64,000 nt of DNA from Corallochytrium limacisporum Hawaii (lineage: Eukaryota; Protista; Pluriformea): contig PDIP01000054.1 of assembly GCA_002811645.1 (NCBI GenBank), positions 58,438 to 122,437 of the forward strand. The letters run 5' to 3'. Under the pieces are notes generated by a model that worked only from the letters and a program-made list of their open reading frames with translations, had not been told where the DNA came from and made no database searches. Below, one piece after another: positions 32,114 through 42,760 of the stretch (position 1 is its first letter; each line of letters begins with the position of its first letter). The translations under genes were made by a program, and so were the position numbers.

Positions 32114-34780
32114 TCACAGAGCCGGAAATTCACTAATCTCCGCCTGCTCTACCGTCTGTTGTCCGGTGCCCGGGTCATTGTAAGTGATGCGCAGACGCAT
32201 CTTCAAGGCAGCCCCGGACGGATTGAGGACCTTGATGCCCTGAGTAACACCACCGTTGTTCATGGCAGGCACTTCCGTACCACTGGCCGAACTGAGTTGC
32301 AGCTTGAACTGCTTGGGTACGGCTGCCTGTAAATTGTACCCAGATAGAGCACTCATGCCAGAGTTCGTGGATGTCACGTGGATCTCTGTGACGTGGGCAT
32401 TGGATGGGCTCTTGCTGCAAGCAAACTCCACTGACAGTGGACCCTTTTGGTATGCTGTGAAGGTCCCTGGATCGGTAGCAGCCGGAGCAGCAGTGGCACC
32501 ACCTGCAGGAGGCGCAGAGCCACCGCTGTTGAAGAGATCGAGAATATTTTGATTCGTAGTTGACGCAGCAGGGGCCGCCGACGAAGCCGCGGGAGCGGCT
32601 GCGCCACCGCCGCCTCCCAGGAGGTCATCCAGGCCACCATCCATGGCAGCACCGACACCACTTGGGGCATTGGAACTACCGCCCATGCCACCAGCGCCTC
32701 CCAGTAAATCGTCTAGACCGCCACCCATTGCCGCAGGCGCTGCAGCAGGCTTAGCGTCTCCGCCTCCCATACTCATACCTCCTAGTAGATCATCAAGACC
32801 GCCACCCATGGCGGCAGGCGGAGCACCGCCACCATTTTGCGCCGGTTGGGTCGAAAAGTCGTCTCCGAGCAGGTCCAGGAGATCATCGCCTGACTTCTGA
32901 GGAGCAGAGCCCGCATCCACCTCCAGACCAGCAGCTCCTGTGTGGGGTCCCTTGGTCTTCTTCACACCGATGGCATCCTGGACGCTAAGTTCCATAGCCG
33001 GCATGCGCTCCAGCAAATTCTGCCGTAACGAACCGCCCTGGTTGTATAGTGCCAGATACTCCACGGCACGCTGCTGCAATTCTGCATCCATAGTCGAGGT
33101 GAAGCGATTGAGGATCTTCAGAGCGCTGTCCTCCACAGTAATGTCGGACAGACGCACGGTACACTTAACCACCGCATTGAGGGCGTAATCTTTGGTCACC
33201 TGGTTTGAATAGGGGCTCGTGCAAACCTTGTAGAGCAGGTTCATCACGTCGTGGCTGCTCACCGCGGTACTGGCGTCTGGGTCGTCATCGTCGGCATCCA
33301 GGCCCTCACCGGCAACCAACAGATCCGCATACTCGCCAATAGCCCACACGGACACCTGAGCAAGTGGCTGTGATCGCTGGTCCTCGTTCAGAGAATGGAA
33401 CAAGCGCTGTGTGGCGTAACCGTACAGCTGCTTTGAGGCACTGATGAGCTGGATCATACCACTCACCACGTCGTCCTTGACGTGGTTCTGTGCATTGACC
33501 AGGACCTTGATGCATGTGTCCATGAGCCATCGTCGATTGGGAGCAAAACGACTAGCAGCAATGAAAATGTTTGACGCCAGGTAGGCTTTGAATTCCGTAT
33601 CCGCGACCTCTAGGAACAACAGCAATTCCCGCACCAGTACCCGTACATTGTCCTGGTTGATGAGCACAAATATGAGCTCCATTGCACGACGACGAATTGA
33701 GACGTCCGGATCCCGCAGACAGTCCACGATAGTGCCCCGATGGCGCTGCACGGCAGTATTGTCAATCTGTACGCAGTGCTGCAGAGTAGACAGAGCCACA
33801 AAACGAATATTTTTGTCGTTGTTCAGCAGGAAGCGTCCGAGAATGTTGACCGCAAGTACCCGCAGTGATGAATCTGCTTCAATGCCCATGATGGTGAGCA
33901 CACTCTCATAGAGGATGGCGTTGCCCACGTTTCGTGCGCTTTCCGTATTGGTGGCCACCTGGGCCAGGACATCGTTGATGATGTCGCTGGTGTCCACATC
34001 GCCGGAGCCTAGTAGACGCAGCAAGCGCAAGATACGGACCTGCAAGAACGGATCCGTTACACCATTCACGTCGTGGTCTGCGAGATACGAGCTCTGGCTC
34101 AGGTTCTTGAGACTCCGCACTAAGTGGGGTACAGTATTCTTAAAATCTTCGGCCAACTCCAGTTGCTGCCTCAAAAACTCAGTCACCAGGGTCACACCAG
34201 TCAGCATCACTGCATGGTTCCGCTCCTGCAGCAATTCCTTCGCTCCCTCAACGTACAGATCAATCATGTCCGGCACTCTACGAATGATACGTACCGCACA
34301 CAGTGCAGCCTTCTTGCGTACGTACGGGTTCTGATGGTTGAGCAGGCCTTGTACAGCATCAGCCAGATCACGCGCCATGTCAGTTGAGCAGATCGTGGCC
34401 AACGTATTCAAGGCCAGCGAAACAACATGCTGGTTGTGACTGCCCATGTCAACCTTCAGACTGTTCGTTACCAGCAGATGCACCTCCGTCCGTTCATCAA
34501 GTAGAAGACTCACACCCAAGTAACCCACACGTTTATCAATAAAACGAGGAGACGCCACCAATTTCAGGCACTCCAGCTGGCCAAAATGGGCAGGGTAACC
34601 GAGGAGATAAATGTACAGCAGTTTGGCAACATTTTTGCACCGACTATCATTATCCTCCTCGCGAAAAGAGGTACGGATCAGAGCAGACTCTCTCTGAATA
34701 ACCGCACGCTCCTCGGCAGCAGTTTTTGTACCTCGAATCTGACGAATCAGTTCGCGGAGTCGGACGCTAGCTCCCACCAT
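32114..34780 (-). CDS. AP1G1: AP-1 complex gamma-adaptin
   Basis: RLRELIRQIR..KTAAEERAVI, LGYPAHFGQLECLKL, GNAILYE, ELQQRAVEY, LLERMP, hinge with LLDLL clathrin box, C-terminal GAE ear (QAAVPK..KLQL). Confidence 0.97.
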   Translation of the reverse strand: MVGASVRLRELIRQIRGTKTAAEERAVIQRESALIRTSFREEDNDSRCKNVAKLLYIYLLGYPAHFGQLECLKLVASPRFIDKRVGYLGVSLLLDERTEVHLLVTNSLKVDMGSHNQHVVSLALNTLATICSTDMARDLADAVQGLLNHQNPYVRKKAALCAVRIIRRVPDMIDLYVEGAKELLQERNHAVMLTGVTLVTEFLRQQLELAEDFKNTVPHLVRSLKNLSQSSYLADHDVNGVTDPFLQVRILRLLRLLGSGDVDTSDIINDVLAQVATNTESARNVGNAILYESVLTIMGIEADSSLRVLAVNILGRFLLNNDKNIRFVALSTLQHCVQIDNTAVQRHRGTIVDCLRDPDVSIRRRAMELIFVLINQDNVRVLVRELLLFLEVADTEFKAYLASNIFIAASRFAPNRRWLMDTCIKVLVNAQNHVKDDVVSGMIQLISASKQLYGYATQRLFHSLNEDQRSQPLAQVSVWAIGEYADLLVAGEGLDADDDDPDASTAVSSHDVMNLLYKVCTSPYSNQVTKDYALNAVVKCTVRLSDITVEDSALKILNRFTSTMDAELQQRAVEYLALYNQGGSLRQNLLERMPAMELSVQDAIGVKKTKGPHTGAAGLEVDAGSAPQKSGDDLLDLLGDDFSTQPAQNGGGAPPAAMGGGLDDLLGGMSMGGGDAKPAAAPAAMGGGLDDLLGGAGGMGGSSNAPSGVGAAMDGGLDDLLGGGGGAAAPAASSAAPAASTTNQNILDLFNSGGSAPPAGGATAAPAATDPGTFTAYQKGPLSVEFACSKSPSNAHVTEIHVTSTNSGMSALSGYNLQAAVPKQFKLQLSSASGTEVPAMNNGGVTQGIKVLNPSGAALKMRLRITYNDPGTGQQTVEQAEISEFPAL

Positions 34781-35149
34781 GTTTAGATCCCACTATGTGC
34801 GACTGTGTTTTTCTTTCGTGTTGCGTTTGTACAGAAACCCAGTCACAAAAGCAATGCAGAAATTGATCGTTTTCCCCGTTCAAATTGATCTACAAAGACA
34901 TCTTTTCCATACGTCCTGAAACGTCGGTTGAATGGTTTCGGCACTAAGTTTTATTGTTTGCCCTTGTATGCCCACGGGGAGACCGATTGACACGTGATAT
35001 AAGCATCGCTACACAATGAGATTATTTGACACTATGCCTTGCTTCAAATACATGTCCATCATGAAATTATCACAGTGTAGAGACGTTACAAACTGGTGAT
35101 AGAGTTAAGACAATCATGACGTGAAATCGACCGAAACACACCCAGTTAG

Positions 35150-36220
35150 CCTCTCTCCATACAACCCGGCAAAACCCGATTAGTCTCCGAAAGGGGGAGC
35201 TTGACTCCGAACGACGGAGAAAGGGAACTGGCGCCTCCCGGGTCCCCCGCCCCGCCTTTCTCTTCAGAGGTAGTAGAGAGACCAGGGGAGCGCAGCAGCA
35301 GCAAAGTGCCCCAAACGACCGCGAGCTCTTTCTTTCCGAGTTGCCGCCCGGGAACATTGTCTGTGGCAGGCAAAGGCACAGTAGCCTTCCCTCCCGACCG
35401 GACGCGCTTGAGAAAAAAAATAGAAAACGTTCGACCCGGGAGCTGACCGCCAAGCAAAGCCTCTCTCGGGCCGGCACACCCCCCCCTCCCCCAGCGGCCT
35501 ACCCTGGGGCGGCCGAGATTCGGGCCTTGGCCAGCTTTACACATTCTTCCCCTCCACTCACACACACCCAAGCTCCACTCTGGGATACCGTAAACCACCC
35601 CCAACCCCCTCCCGCCGTTCGTTTTCTTTGGCACAGGGAGCGACCGACAGCACCAGAAGAGACCGGGCAACTTGGGCTGGGAAGGAAGGAAGGAAGGGGG
35701 GATGGGGGGCAACTATGCACCGCGACCCCGCAGTGAAGGAGGGTTCAAAAAGCCACAACAACAACCACCCCTCCACCACCCCCCCCCGGGGGGGCGCCTT
35801 GCAAGGGAGTGACTGTGTGTGTTGGTTGTCCGACACCACAAAGCCCCGGTGGAAAGCTTAGTGCGCGGCCGGCAAAAAGAAAACAACAAAGAAAACGAAT
35901 GGCAAAACACCACCGTCGCCGGGGAAGGGAGAGGTCCCAAGAAAAAACTGAAAACGTCGGTTGGGGAGGAGAGAGGGGGGTTGCAAGAGAAAATCTCCTT
36001 CCTTATGCATAGTCAAAGTGCTTTGGACTGTGACCTGGGTTTGGTTGGGATTGGGGACGGGAGCGAGGGTGGGGAAACCAGGGACAGTGTTTTGCCTTCT
36101 GGGCCGGTCCTGGTTGGGTGGGGGGGTCCTTTTGGGGGGTGATGTGACCCTGCAATTTCCAATATGAACTGAACCCCTAAAAAAGAATTTAAGTCTCCCA
36201 GGGGGGCGGGGTCAAGATGG
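35150..36220. promoter_or_regulatory. Low-complexity island upstream of gamma-adaptin
   Basis: C9G7 (35779), (GGAA)4, G/C/A runs; ApT-poor against the ApT-rich 34790-35160 flank. Confidence 0.5.
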
Positions 36221-36305
36221 GGTCAAATGACACAAGGTTTTTAATCTTTGTATTGTACAGAGTGCAGTTCTTGCATTAAATGTACAATGAACCGGCAGAT
36301 CCTCT

Positions 36306-37442
36306 CTAAAACTCTTCCCGATTCTCACAGCACAGTGATGGTCGCTGAGACCAATCGTAGGCATAGCTGCGTCGTTTCAGTTCGTCGGTTCCATTCGGAC
36401 AACTCACCTCACCATTGCTGCGGGTTAACGCGTCCGCCATACCCCGCATGTCTTGTGGGCTGAGCTTGTGACGGATCAGGAACCCTTGCCGACACCCACG
36501 TGTCTTAAATTCAGTATCAAAGCGTACATCGTGGATCCGTTTGACTGCAATTGGTGCCAACGCCGTCCCAACGGTTACATCCTCGCTGAAGAAGCGTCGG
36601 AGAATGTTCGTGTTCTGGACGATGAATTCCGCACTCTTGTAGCTGAGCGTATAGCCGCCTCCGTAGGCGTAAGGGATGTAAAAGTCACAAAGGTCATAGT
36701 TATTCTCCGCCCACTGTACATCCTGATTACCTCTGCGGGGCTCGCCCTTGCCGCTGAAGTACCCAATGTATGAGTACGGTTCATTCATACGGTCAGGCTC
36801 TTCGTGAAGACTTTTCTGAAGCGCTGGAATGTCCACGAAGGAATCATCGTCGCACTTGACCACGAACCCATAGAGATAGGTGGTGTGTGCGGTGCGGAGA
36901 GCTTCCAGAACTTTATCGGTCAGCGCCTCGTACGTGTCGTTGGTCTTGGGCAGAAGCATCATGTCCCCGTGCTCCGCATGTTCATTCTTCACGGCACTTG
37001 CGGCAGCCGACGTTAGGTCCTTGCCACCGACCACGAACAAGACATCTGTCGAGTAACCATTTGAGGGCAGAGACCACTGCGGCTTGGCCCATGTTTCTCG
37101 GATGACATCCCTTCGTTCTTTATTGCCCGCTGCACTTACTACAAGCACGACTAGGTCTTTATAGATCCGTGTGGGCCTGACTGTGTCTCCGCCAGTCGGA
37201 TATGCAGTGTTCGTGCCCGTGCCACTTCCACTCGTAACGTAGGTAAGTAGACCATATGCGTACATTATCATCACCACGCCCATAACCATAAAGGCAATAA
37301 TATATGTACTGCGTTGCCGGCGCAAGGTTTGCAGGTTCTGGTTCACAAACGGCAAAGTTCCATTGAGGTTGATGGCATGTCGGCTGCGATTCTTCCCGGT
37401 GACATCAGGGCCACTGCTTCGGTACAAAGGTGAGGCTTGCAT
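36306..37442 (-). CDS. B3GALT6: Beta-1,3-galactosyltransferase 6-like (GT31, type II membrane)
   Basis: TM anchor, RRDVIRETW, KCDDDSF, LCDFYIPYAYGGGY, SEDVTVG, HDVRFDTEFKTRGC, YDWSQRPSLCC; these closely follow animal B3GALT6 motifs. Confidence 0.9.
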   Translation of the reverse strand: MQASPLYRSSGPDVTGKNRSRHAINLNGTLPFVNQNLQTLRRQRSTYIIAFMVMGVVMIMYAYGLLTYVTSGSGTGTNTAYPTGGDTVRPTRIYKDLVVLVVSAAGNKERRDVIRETWAKPQWSLPSNGYSTDVLFVVGGKDLTSAAASAVKNEHAEHGDMMLLPKTNDTYEALTDKVLEALRTAHTTYLYGFVVKCDDDSFVDIPALQKSLHEEPDRMNEPYSYIGYFSGKGEPRRGNQDVQWAENNYDLCDFYIPYAYGGGYTLSYKSAEFIVQNTNILRRFFSEDVTVGTALAPIAVKRIHDVRFDTEFKTRGCRQGFLIRHKLSPQDMRGMADALTRSNGEVSCPNGTDELKRRSYAYDWSQRPSLCCENREEF

Positions 37443-37739
37443 CCTTATTTAAATCTATGGAGCATGAACTCCTAACTTTTTACGTATCTCTTGCTTTGCG
37501 GCCAGCCGCTGGATCACCCCCCTTCATAGTATTCCATTTTTGAGGCTCTTTTCCGGAGGATCAAATGATCATCTTCACTTCACTGGGATGCAGTAGGCTG
37601 ATTAGTCTTTGAATGCTTGCTATCAGGTGTGAACTAAGCATACTTTTCAAATACGCACAGTTTCCACTTAGTCTACGAAAATTCCTGGAACGAGTTGCTG
37701 TGGTCTGCGCAGCTGCTCCAACTTCGTACGGGTAGCTCT

Positions 37740-37860
37740 TGGCCGTTCGCGAAGGAGGTCCTCTGCCAGGCGCCGCGCCAGCAGAGTGGCGCCGAGACCC
37801 CCCGGGGAGGGGGGGTTGGTGGCGGAAGGGAAGGTAGAACAAATGAAATCGGTCCCCAAC
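37740..37860. promoter_or_regulatory. Minimal island upstream of B3GALT6
   Basis: C6G4AG7 at 37798-37815 in a 500-bp intergenic. Confidence 0.4.
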
Positions 37861-37944
37861 GGGTACACTGCACTGAAAACTCATGAGCATGATGATATTT
37901 CTTTATATAGAAACCAAAGACTGAGTGGGCAAAGGATCTGGTGC

Positions 37945-40662
37945 TTACATCCACTTATTTGTACTGGCAGCCGCAATCTTCTGTCGGTAGTTGGCCACAG
38001 AGGCGTCAAAGTTGTCGGTAGCCTCGCGCTTACGCTTCAACTTCTTCTGCCTCTGCTTGTCTAGGAGGGCGGAGTGTGTACCATCGACGACCAGCTCGGC
38101 ACCCTCCAGAGCGGCCGCAAACTCGCGCTCTTCGTGGCTAACGATGCTGCCACTGCCGACTGTGGCACCCGCGGTACTCACAGCAACTTTGGCACCCCGC
38201 CGCTGCTTCGCGGACCGTTGGTTGGCCTTCGCCTCCTGGCGGGCCTTGACATCGCCAAGCAGCGGTTTTTCGTGCTTGGCCCAGGCCTGCGAGGTGCCGT
38301 TCTGTTGTTGCTGCCGTTGTGGTTGCTCAGCTTGCTGATCATCTTCGCTGGCCTTCTGCTGCCGGGTGCGCTCGCGACGTTCGCGCCGACGCTCGCTGCG
38401 GGACTTCTTTGCAGTCTTTGCCTTGTCTTTCCGCTTCTGTGCATTGGTATCATCGTCTAGTGGGATCTCCATCTCTGGTCCTTCGCCTACAGACTGATTC
38501 TGTTTCCGCTGCAGACGTTGCACCCGGGCCTCATGAAGGCGCATCTTGCGCACGTCCTCGACGCTGAACTCAACAATGGGACGCTGCTGCGGTCCAAACA
38601 CCTTTGGATTGTTGTTCAGAGCCCGAAGTGCTGTAAGGGCATCCTCATGCTTGTTGAAGTTGACAAAGGCAAATCCCTTGGACACCAACGGGGCTTCCGC
38701 ACTGGTGCGCTCTCGAAAATGGTTCAGCTTCGCAAACCTCACCCGCCGCTCCGTCTTATCAAATATGACATCCATGAAATGCTTACTCAGGCCATCGTTT
38801 TCGCCTTGATCCTTCGGAATGTTGCGTACAACAATGCGCAGGGGATTAATGTGGAAGTTTGGATCCTTAAGCTTGCGCAAGCGCTCAGCGTCGTAGCGTT
38901 GCCTGCGGCTCAGATCCTGCTCGCTTAGGCCTTTGGCTTCTAGACCTTCCGGATCGATGTGGCCCTCGACGGCCAGGTGTAGGTTGCGCTTGTCCTTGTC
39001 ACCGCCCAGAGCTTGCGTCTCGTTGCGCTTCTGAATGACGTCATCAACCCGATCACGGGACACGGCATACGAAACATACACTCTGCGGCCTGCCACAAAG
39101 AATGGACCCTCAGCGGGGCCATCGTCTGCAGCGGTGGTTTGGGCATCGTCCCCAAGGGCTTCATCCGCACCAACGCCAAAGTAGCTGCCGCCTTTGCCTC
39201 CCTTCGTGGCATTGTGTCCCATGGCTTTTCCACTGCGGTAGGCATCACTTTCTGCGTTGGACTGAGCCACACATTCCTTGGCACTGCTCTTCCTCTTGAA
39301 CTTGACGAATGCACTGCCCTTCGGGAGACCGGTGCGCTGGTCAATCACAATTTTTACGTCCTTGACGTCACCAAACTTCTCAAAGCATGTCTTCAGCTGG
39401 GCCTCATCAGCTTCAAAGGAAATGTTCCGCACAAACAAGGTCTTGCCATCATTTGCGTCAGTCATGGTCTTCGGATCAATGCGCTTGGGTGCTTCCTTGG
39501 CAGGCTTTGTTTTCTGCTCCCCCTCCTCCTTCGGGTCATCACCTTTCCCATCATCCTGAACATCGGCTTCTACCAAATTGTCCTCCGGTGCAGCGTCCAT
39601 TTCCGTTTGCTGTTGTTCCTTCTCGTAGTCCTCCCGCTTAATGCACCAATCCACGGCAATGGGCCTTCCAGCAATCTCCTGGGCATTTAGAGCATCCATA
39701 GCCTGCTTTGCGTGTGAAATACACATAAATTGCACAAATCCAAATCCACGGCGCTTACCCTTGGCATCCGTCGGCATGTTGATGGGTTCACTTAGCGGTG
39801 CACCAGGCACTGCCTCCCGAAATTTCTCTTCTAGCCGCTCCGGTGTCACGGTGAAGCTCAAATTGCGTATAATTAGACGCGCCTCCTTCAGTTCTGCGGC
39901 ACGCGCCTTGGCATGGCGAGACATGACATGGGCGTGGATCATTTGGCCCTTGAAAATGTGTCGGTTAAGCTTTTTCTCAGCAAGATGGGCACGGTAAGGT
40001 TCCTCATACTCCACCACAGCCGTGGCGAGGCTTGAGTCGGCATTTCCCTTGTACCCATGCTCTTTCTCCATAGTCACTTTGGCTACATCTGCAATCTTGC
40101 GCACCTTCTTGTACAGCACCTTCTGCGTCACATCCGCTGGGAAGCCACTGATGTAAACACTGCGACTGAGAAGTTCCCGCTCAGGATCTTTCTGTGCAGT
40201 TGCTCTTCCAGTTTCTTTAACGTCCTTCTGTACTAATGTGTATGCTTCTGGTGGTGCCTTGCTTGCTTCCGGGGGTTCCCCTTGTTCATGTGACCCTACA
40301 GTATGGTCTCCGGTTTCCGCGTCAGTCTGATTATCGTGGGTCTTTACTTTCCTTCCCGGTTGCGCGGGCTTAGCTACCATCAAGTGCACCTTGCGTCCAC
40401 GAATCTCTTTGCTCTGCAGTTCTTTAACTGCGTTATCAGCGTCTTCTTTAAAAGCATATGTCACGTATCCAAACCCACGGTTAAGTGGTTGCGCTGTGTT
40501 CTTAGTCTTTTCATCATGGATCACAAAGCATCTCCGCACGGCACCGACCTCAGAGAAGATCTCCTCTAGTTCTGCAGAAGTGACATGATAATTTAAATTG
40601 CGAACAAATACTGTCAATCCCTTTGACAGGGCCTCCTGGTCATCTATGGTATTGGAGGCCAT
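37945..40662 (-). CDS. RBM28: RBM28/Nop4 nucleolar multi-RRM protein
   Basis: RRMs (VFVRNL/RGFGYV; LIIRNL/RGFGFV; LFVRNI/KGSAFV; SKGFAFV) plus diagnostic DKRNLHLAVEG and LNNNPKVFG..RPIVEFSVED. Confidence 0.95.
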   Translation of the reverse strand: MASNTIDDQEALSKGLTVFVRNLNYHVTSAELEEIFSEVGAVRRCFVIHDEKTKNTAQPLNRGFGYVTYAFKEDADNAVKELQSKEIRGRKVHLMVAKPAQPGRKVKTHDNQTDAETGDHTVGSHEQGEPPEASKAPPEAYTLVQKDVKETGRATAQKDPERELLSRSVYISGFPADVTQKVLYKKVRKIADVAKVTMEKEHGYKGNADSSLATAVVEYEEPYRAHLAEKKLNRHIFKGQMIHAHVMSRHAKARAAELKEARLIIRNLSFTVTPERLEEKFREAVPGAPLSEPINMPTDAKGKRRGFGFVQFMCISHAKQAMDALNAQEIAGRPIAVDWCIKREDYEKEQQQTEMDAAPEDNLVEADVQDDGKGDDPKEEGEQKTKPAKEAPKRIDPKTMTDANDGKTLFVRNISFEADEAQLKTCFEKFGDVKDVKIVIDQRTGLPKGSAFVKFKRKSSAKECVAQSNAESDAYRSGKAMGHNATKGGKGGSYFGVGADEALGDDAQTTAADDGPAEGPFFVAGRRVYVSYAVSRDRVDDVIQKRNETQALGGDKDKRNLHLAVEGHIDPEGLEAKGLSEQDLSRRQRYDAERLRKLKDPNFHINPLRIVVRNIPKDQGENDGLSKHFMDVIFDKTERRVRFAKLNHFRERTSAEAPLVSKGFAFVNFNKHEDALTALRALNNNPKVFGPQQRPIVEFSVEDVRKMRLHEARVQRLQRKQNQSVGEGPEMEIPLDDDTNAQKRKDKAKTAKKSRSERRRERRERTRQQKASEDDQQAEQPQRQQQQNGTSQAWAKHEKPLLGDVKARQEAKANQRSAKQRRGAKVAVSTAGATVGSGSIVSHEEREFAAALEGAELVVDGTHSALLDKQRQKKLKRKREATDNFDASVANYRQKIAAASTNKWM

Positions 40663-42289
40663 GGTTGTGTGTCTGTATTTTGACGTGCACTCTACTCTAA
40701 TCTATCGTTGCATTTTGGGTTCCCAAATATCTACTGGGGATGAAACTTGTAACCTATCATGTTCTGTGTCCTGCTTTCACCTATACCTGATCTTGAGTTT
40801 TCGAGTACCAGAAAAATGAAAGCTCAGTCCAAGCAGTCTTCCGGGCTGTCCATTCGAGATCGACAAATGCATTGGAATGGTCCCTCCTCCCCTGGCACAC
40901 GCACTCATGAATTCCACGCGGGTCTGCGAGGTGCTGCCCTTTTCGAACCCGAGCCCCCTCTGCTCAGGTCCCAGTACTTTCACTATGGCGCTGGAAAGCC
41001 GACCTCTTAGAAGACTCGGGTGTATAGTGAATGAACTAAAATGCCGATCCCCTGGTGGGCATTCCTGGTGTAATTTAAATGAATTAGAATTCGAAAGTTA
41101 GGTTATTCAGTTATATTCATGAGTCACCTGGTGCCCTATCGTTGGAGGTACTCGCGAAATTATGTTTGCGGAACTCCAGGACTTGGATCGATGTATACCG
41201 AGGAATTGATAAGCATCCGAATCGTTCGGAGCCTGGATGTGGTTCCAATTGATTGCAATGGATCTTGAACATATTCTGCATACGTTACCAGCATGTTCCA
41301 ATCCACAGCATCAAATCAAACGCTGTCGATCTTTGCCTTGCTCATGGTGGCGGTACCGGATTCGTTGTGCCCACATCAAGAATCAAACACAGTCAAGGGC
41401 CTGGTCCCAAGGGCAAGCAATCCTCACCCGCCATTTGTTCCATCTGGCGGTGTCACATCGCTTTGTGGACTTTAGACCATTGAACCAAGGTTTGTTTACC
41501 ACCAGCAATGTCCCGACATATGGGCATGGTAGCAGCAGCAGGCTGCATTACGTGTGAACCACCCTGTTGTTTTGGACGGTGTTGGAGAGATATGGGCCGG
41601 GCCAGTGTATTCTATTATGTGTTTTTGATGATCATACCCTGCGCTACGAGTGGATTAGTAAGTGGTACGCAGTCGCCAACCAAGTCCAACGCTAATCCGG
41701 TCCGGTGTACCCGAGAAACGCAAGGGGAATTCAGACTTCGTACCTTCTCTTCCGCCAAGTCCTTGAAAAATTGGTGCGGTACGAGGTCCAGCCAGCGTTT
41801 CAATTCGTTAGTTTGGGCGGTTTTGCACCCGGAGAAAACGTCTGGGACAGATTGGATGGGGGCGCGGCCCGGTTCAATTTCTGCAGTCAACGCTACCCGG
41901 TGGGCGAAACAGAACCCATCGGAACCGCACATGTGATCCGTACGCCGGGTTGCCGAGAGTTCGTACACAGGCGTTGACTTGGATCGAGGGTGTGTAGGAA
42001 AGGCGGGAGACTGAGCGGCGGAGGACCCCTTCGCCGTACACTGGGCATCCATCCACCTAAGGGTTTGCTAGCAGCGGCAGAGAGAGAGAAGCCCAAAGCG
42101 AAGGAAAGCGGACGCGAACTGCGTGGCTTTTTCCGCGTGCCTAGAATGGTACCAATCCGTCTGGATTCTCCCGTCAAGTCGGTGTTCCATTGTAGGTCTG
42201 CTCGCTTGCCCTGGGCGGCAGAAACCCAATATATGACAAATGACCGGCACCGCTCCTATTGATGGAGGTGCCAGTAATAGTGGAGAGGA

Positions 42290-42760
42290 AAGTTGGCCTT
42301 CCGTGTTTTTCCATGTCTTCGGCAAAAATGCTCCCCGTGTGCCCTCTTCGCCCCCCGTCTCTTTCTCCCAATTCCTCCTCCAGCACGCACAATCCTCCTC
42401 GTCCCTCCTCCCGGGTTTCCTCTGAGTTGGGGGGAGGGGAAGGGGGGAAGGGTTCGGTGTATTCTATCTGCGTCAGTATGCCGACCAAATTTCCTGGCAT
42501 CGGAGTAAACTGCGCAGAGAAAATCGTTCTCTCGCACCTGAATGAGTAATCAGCAATTTTGGGCGGCAATCGGAGCGAAAAGAGAGGAGGGGGGGGGGGA
42601 GGAGACGGAGGAAAGAGAAGGGGAAAGGAGGGAGAAGGGCGAGAAGGACGGAAAGAGAAGAGAAGGAAAACGAAAAAAAAAAAGAAATGGTCGATGAGTT
42701 TTCACGGCATCGCAAGCCCCAAAACCCGGACGGAGGATGGTGGAGAATGGTCAGCAGACC
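42290..42760. promoter_or_regulatory. Low-complexity island in the divergent RBM28 / ependymin-like intergenic
   Basis: CT tract followed by G11, GA-rich tract and A11. Confidence 0.45.

Noticed and set aside
1200-42700. Polypyrimidine tracts as trans-splicing or 5' UTR intron signals
   Set aside because: Tracts lie hundreds of bases from start codons, there is no consistent Y(n)-AG near ATGs, and polarity is reversed at 20430-20530 and 42580-42690.
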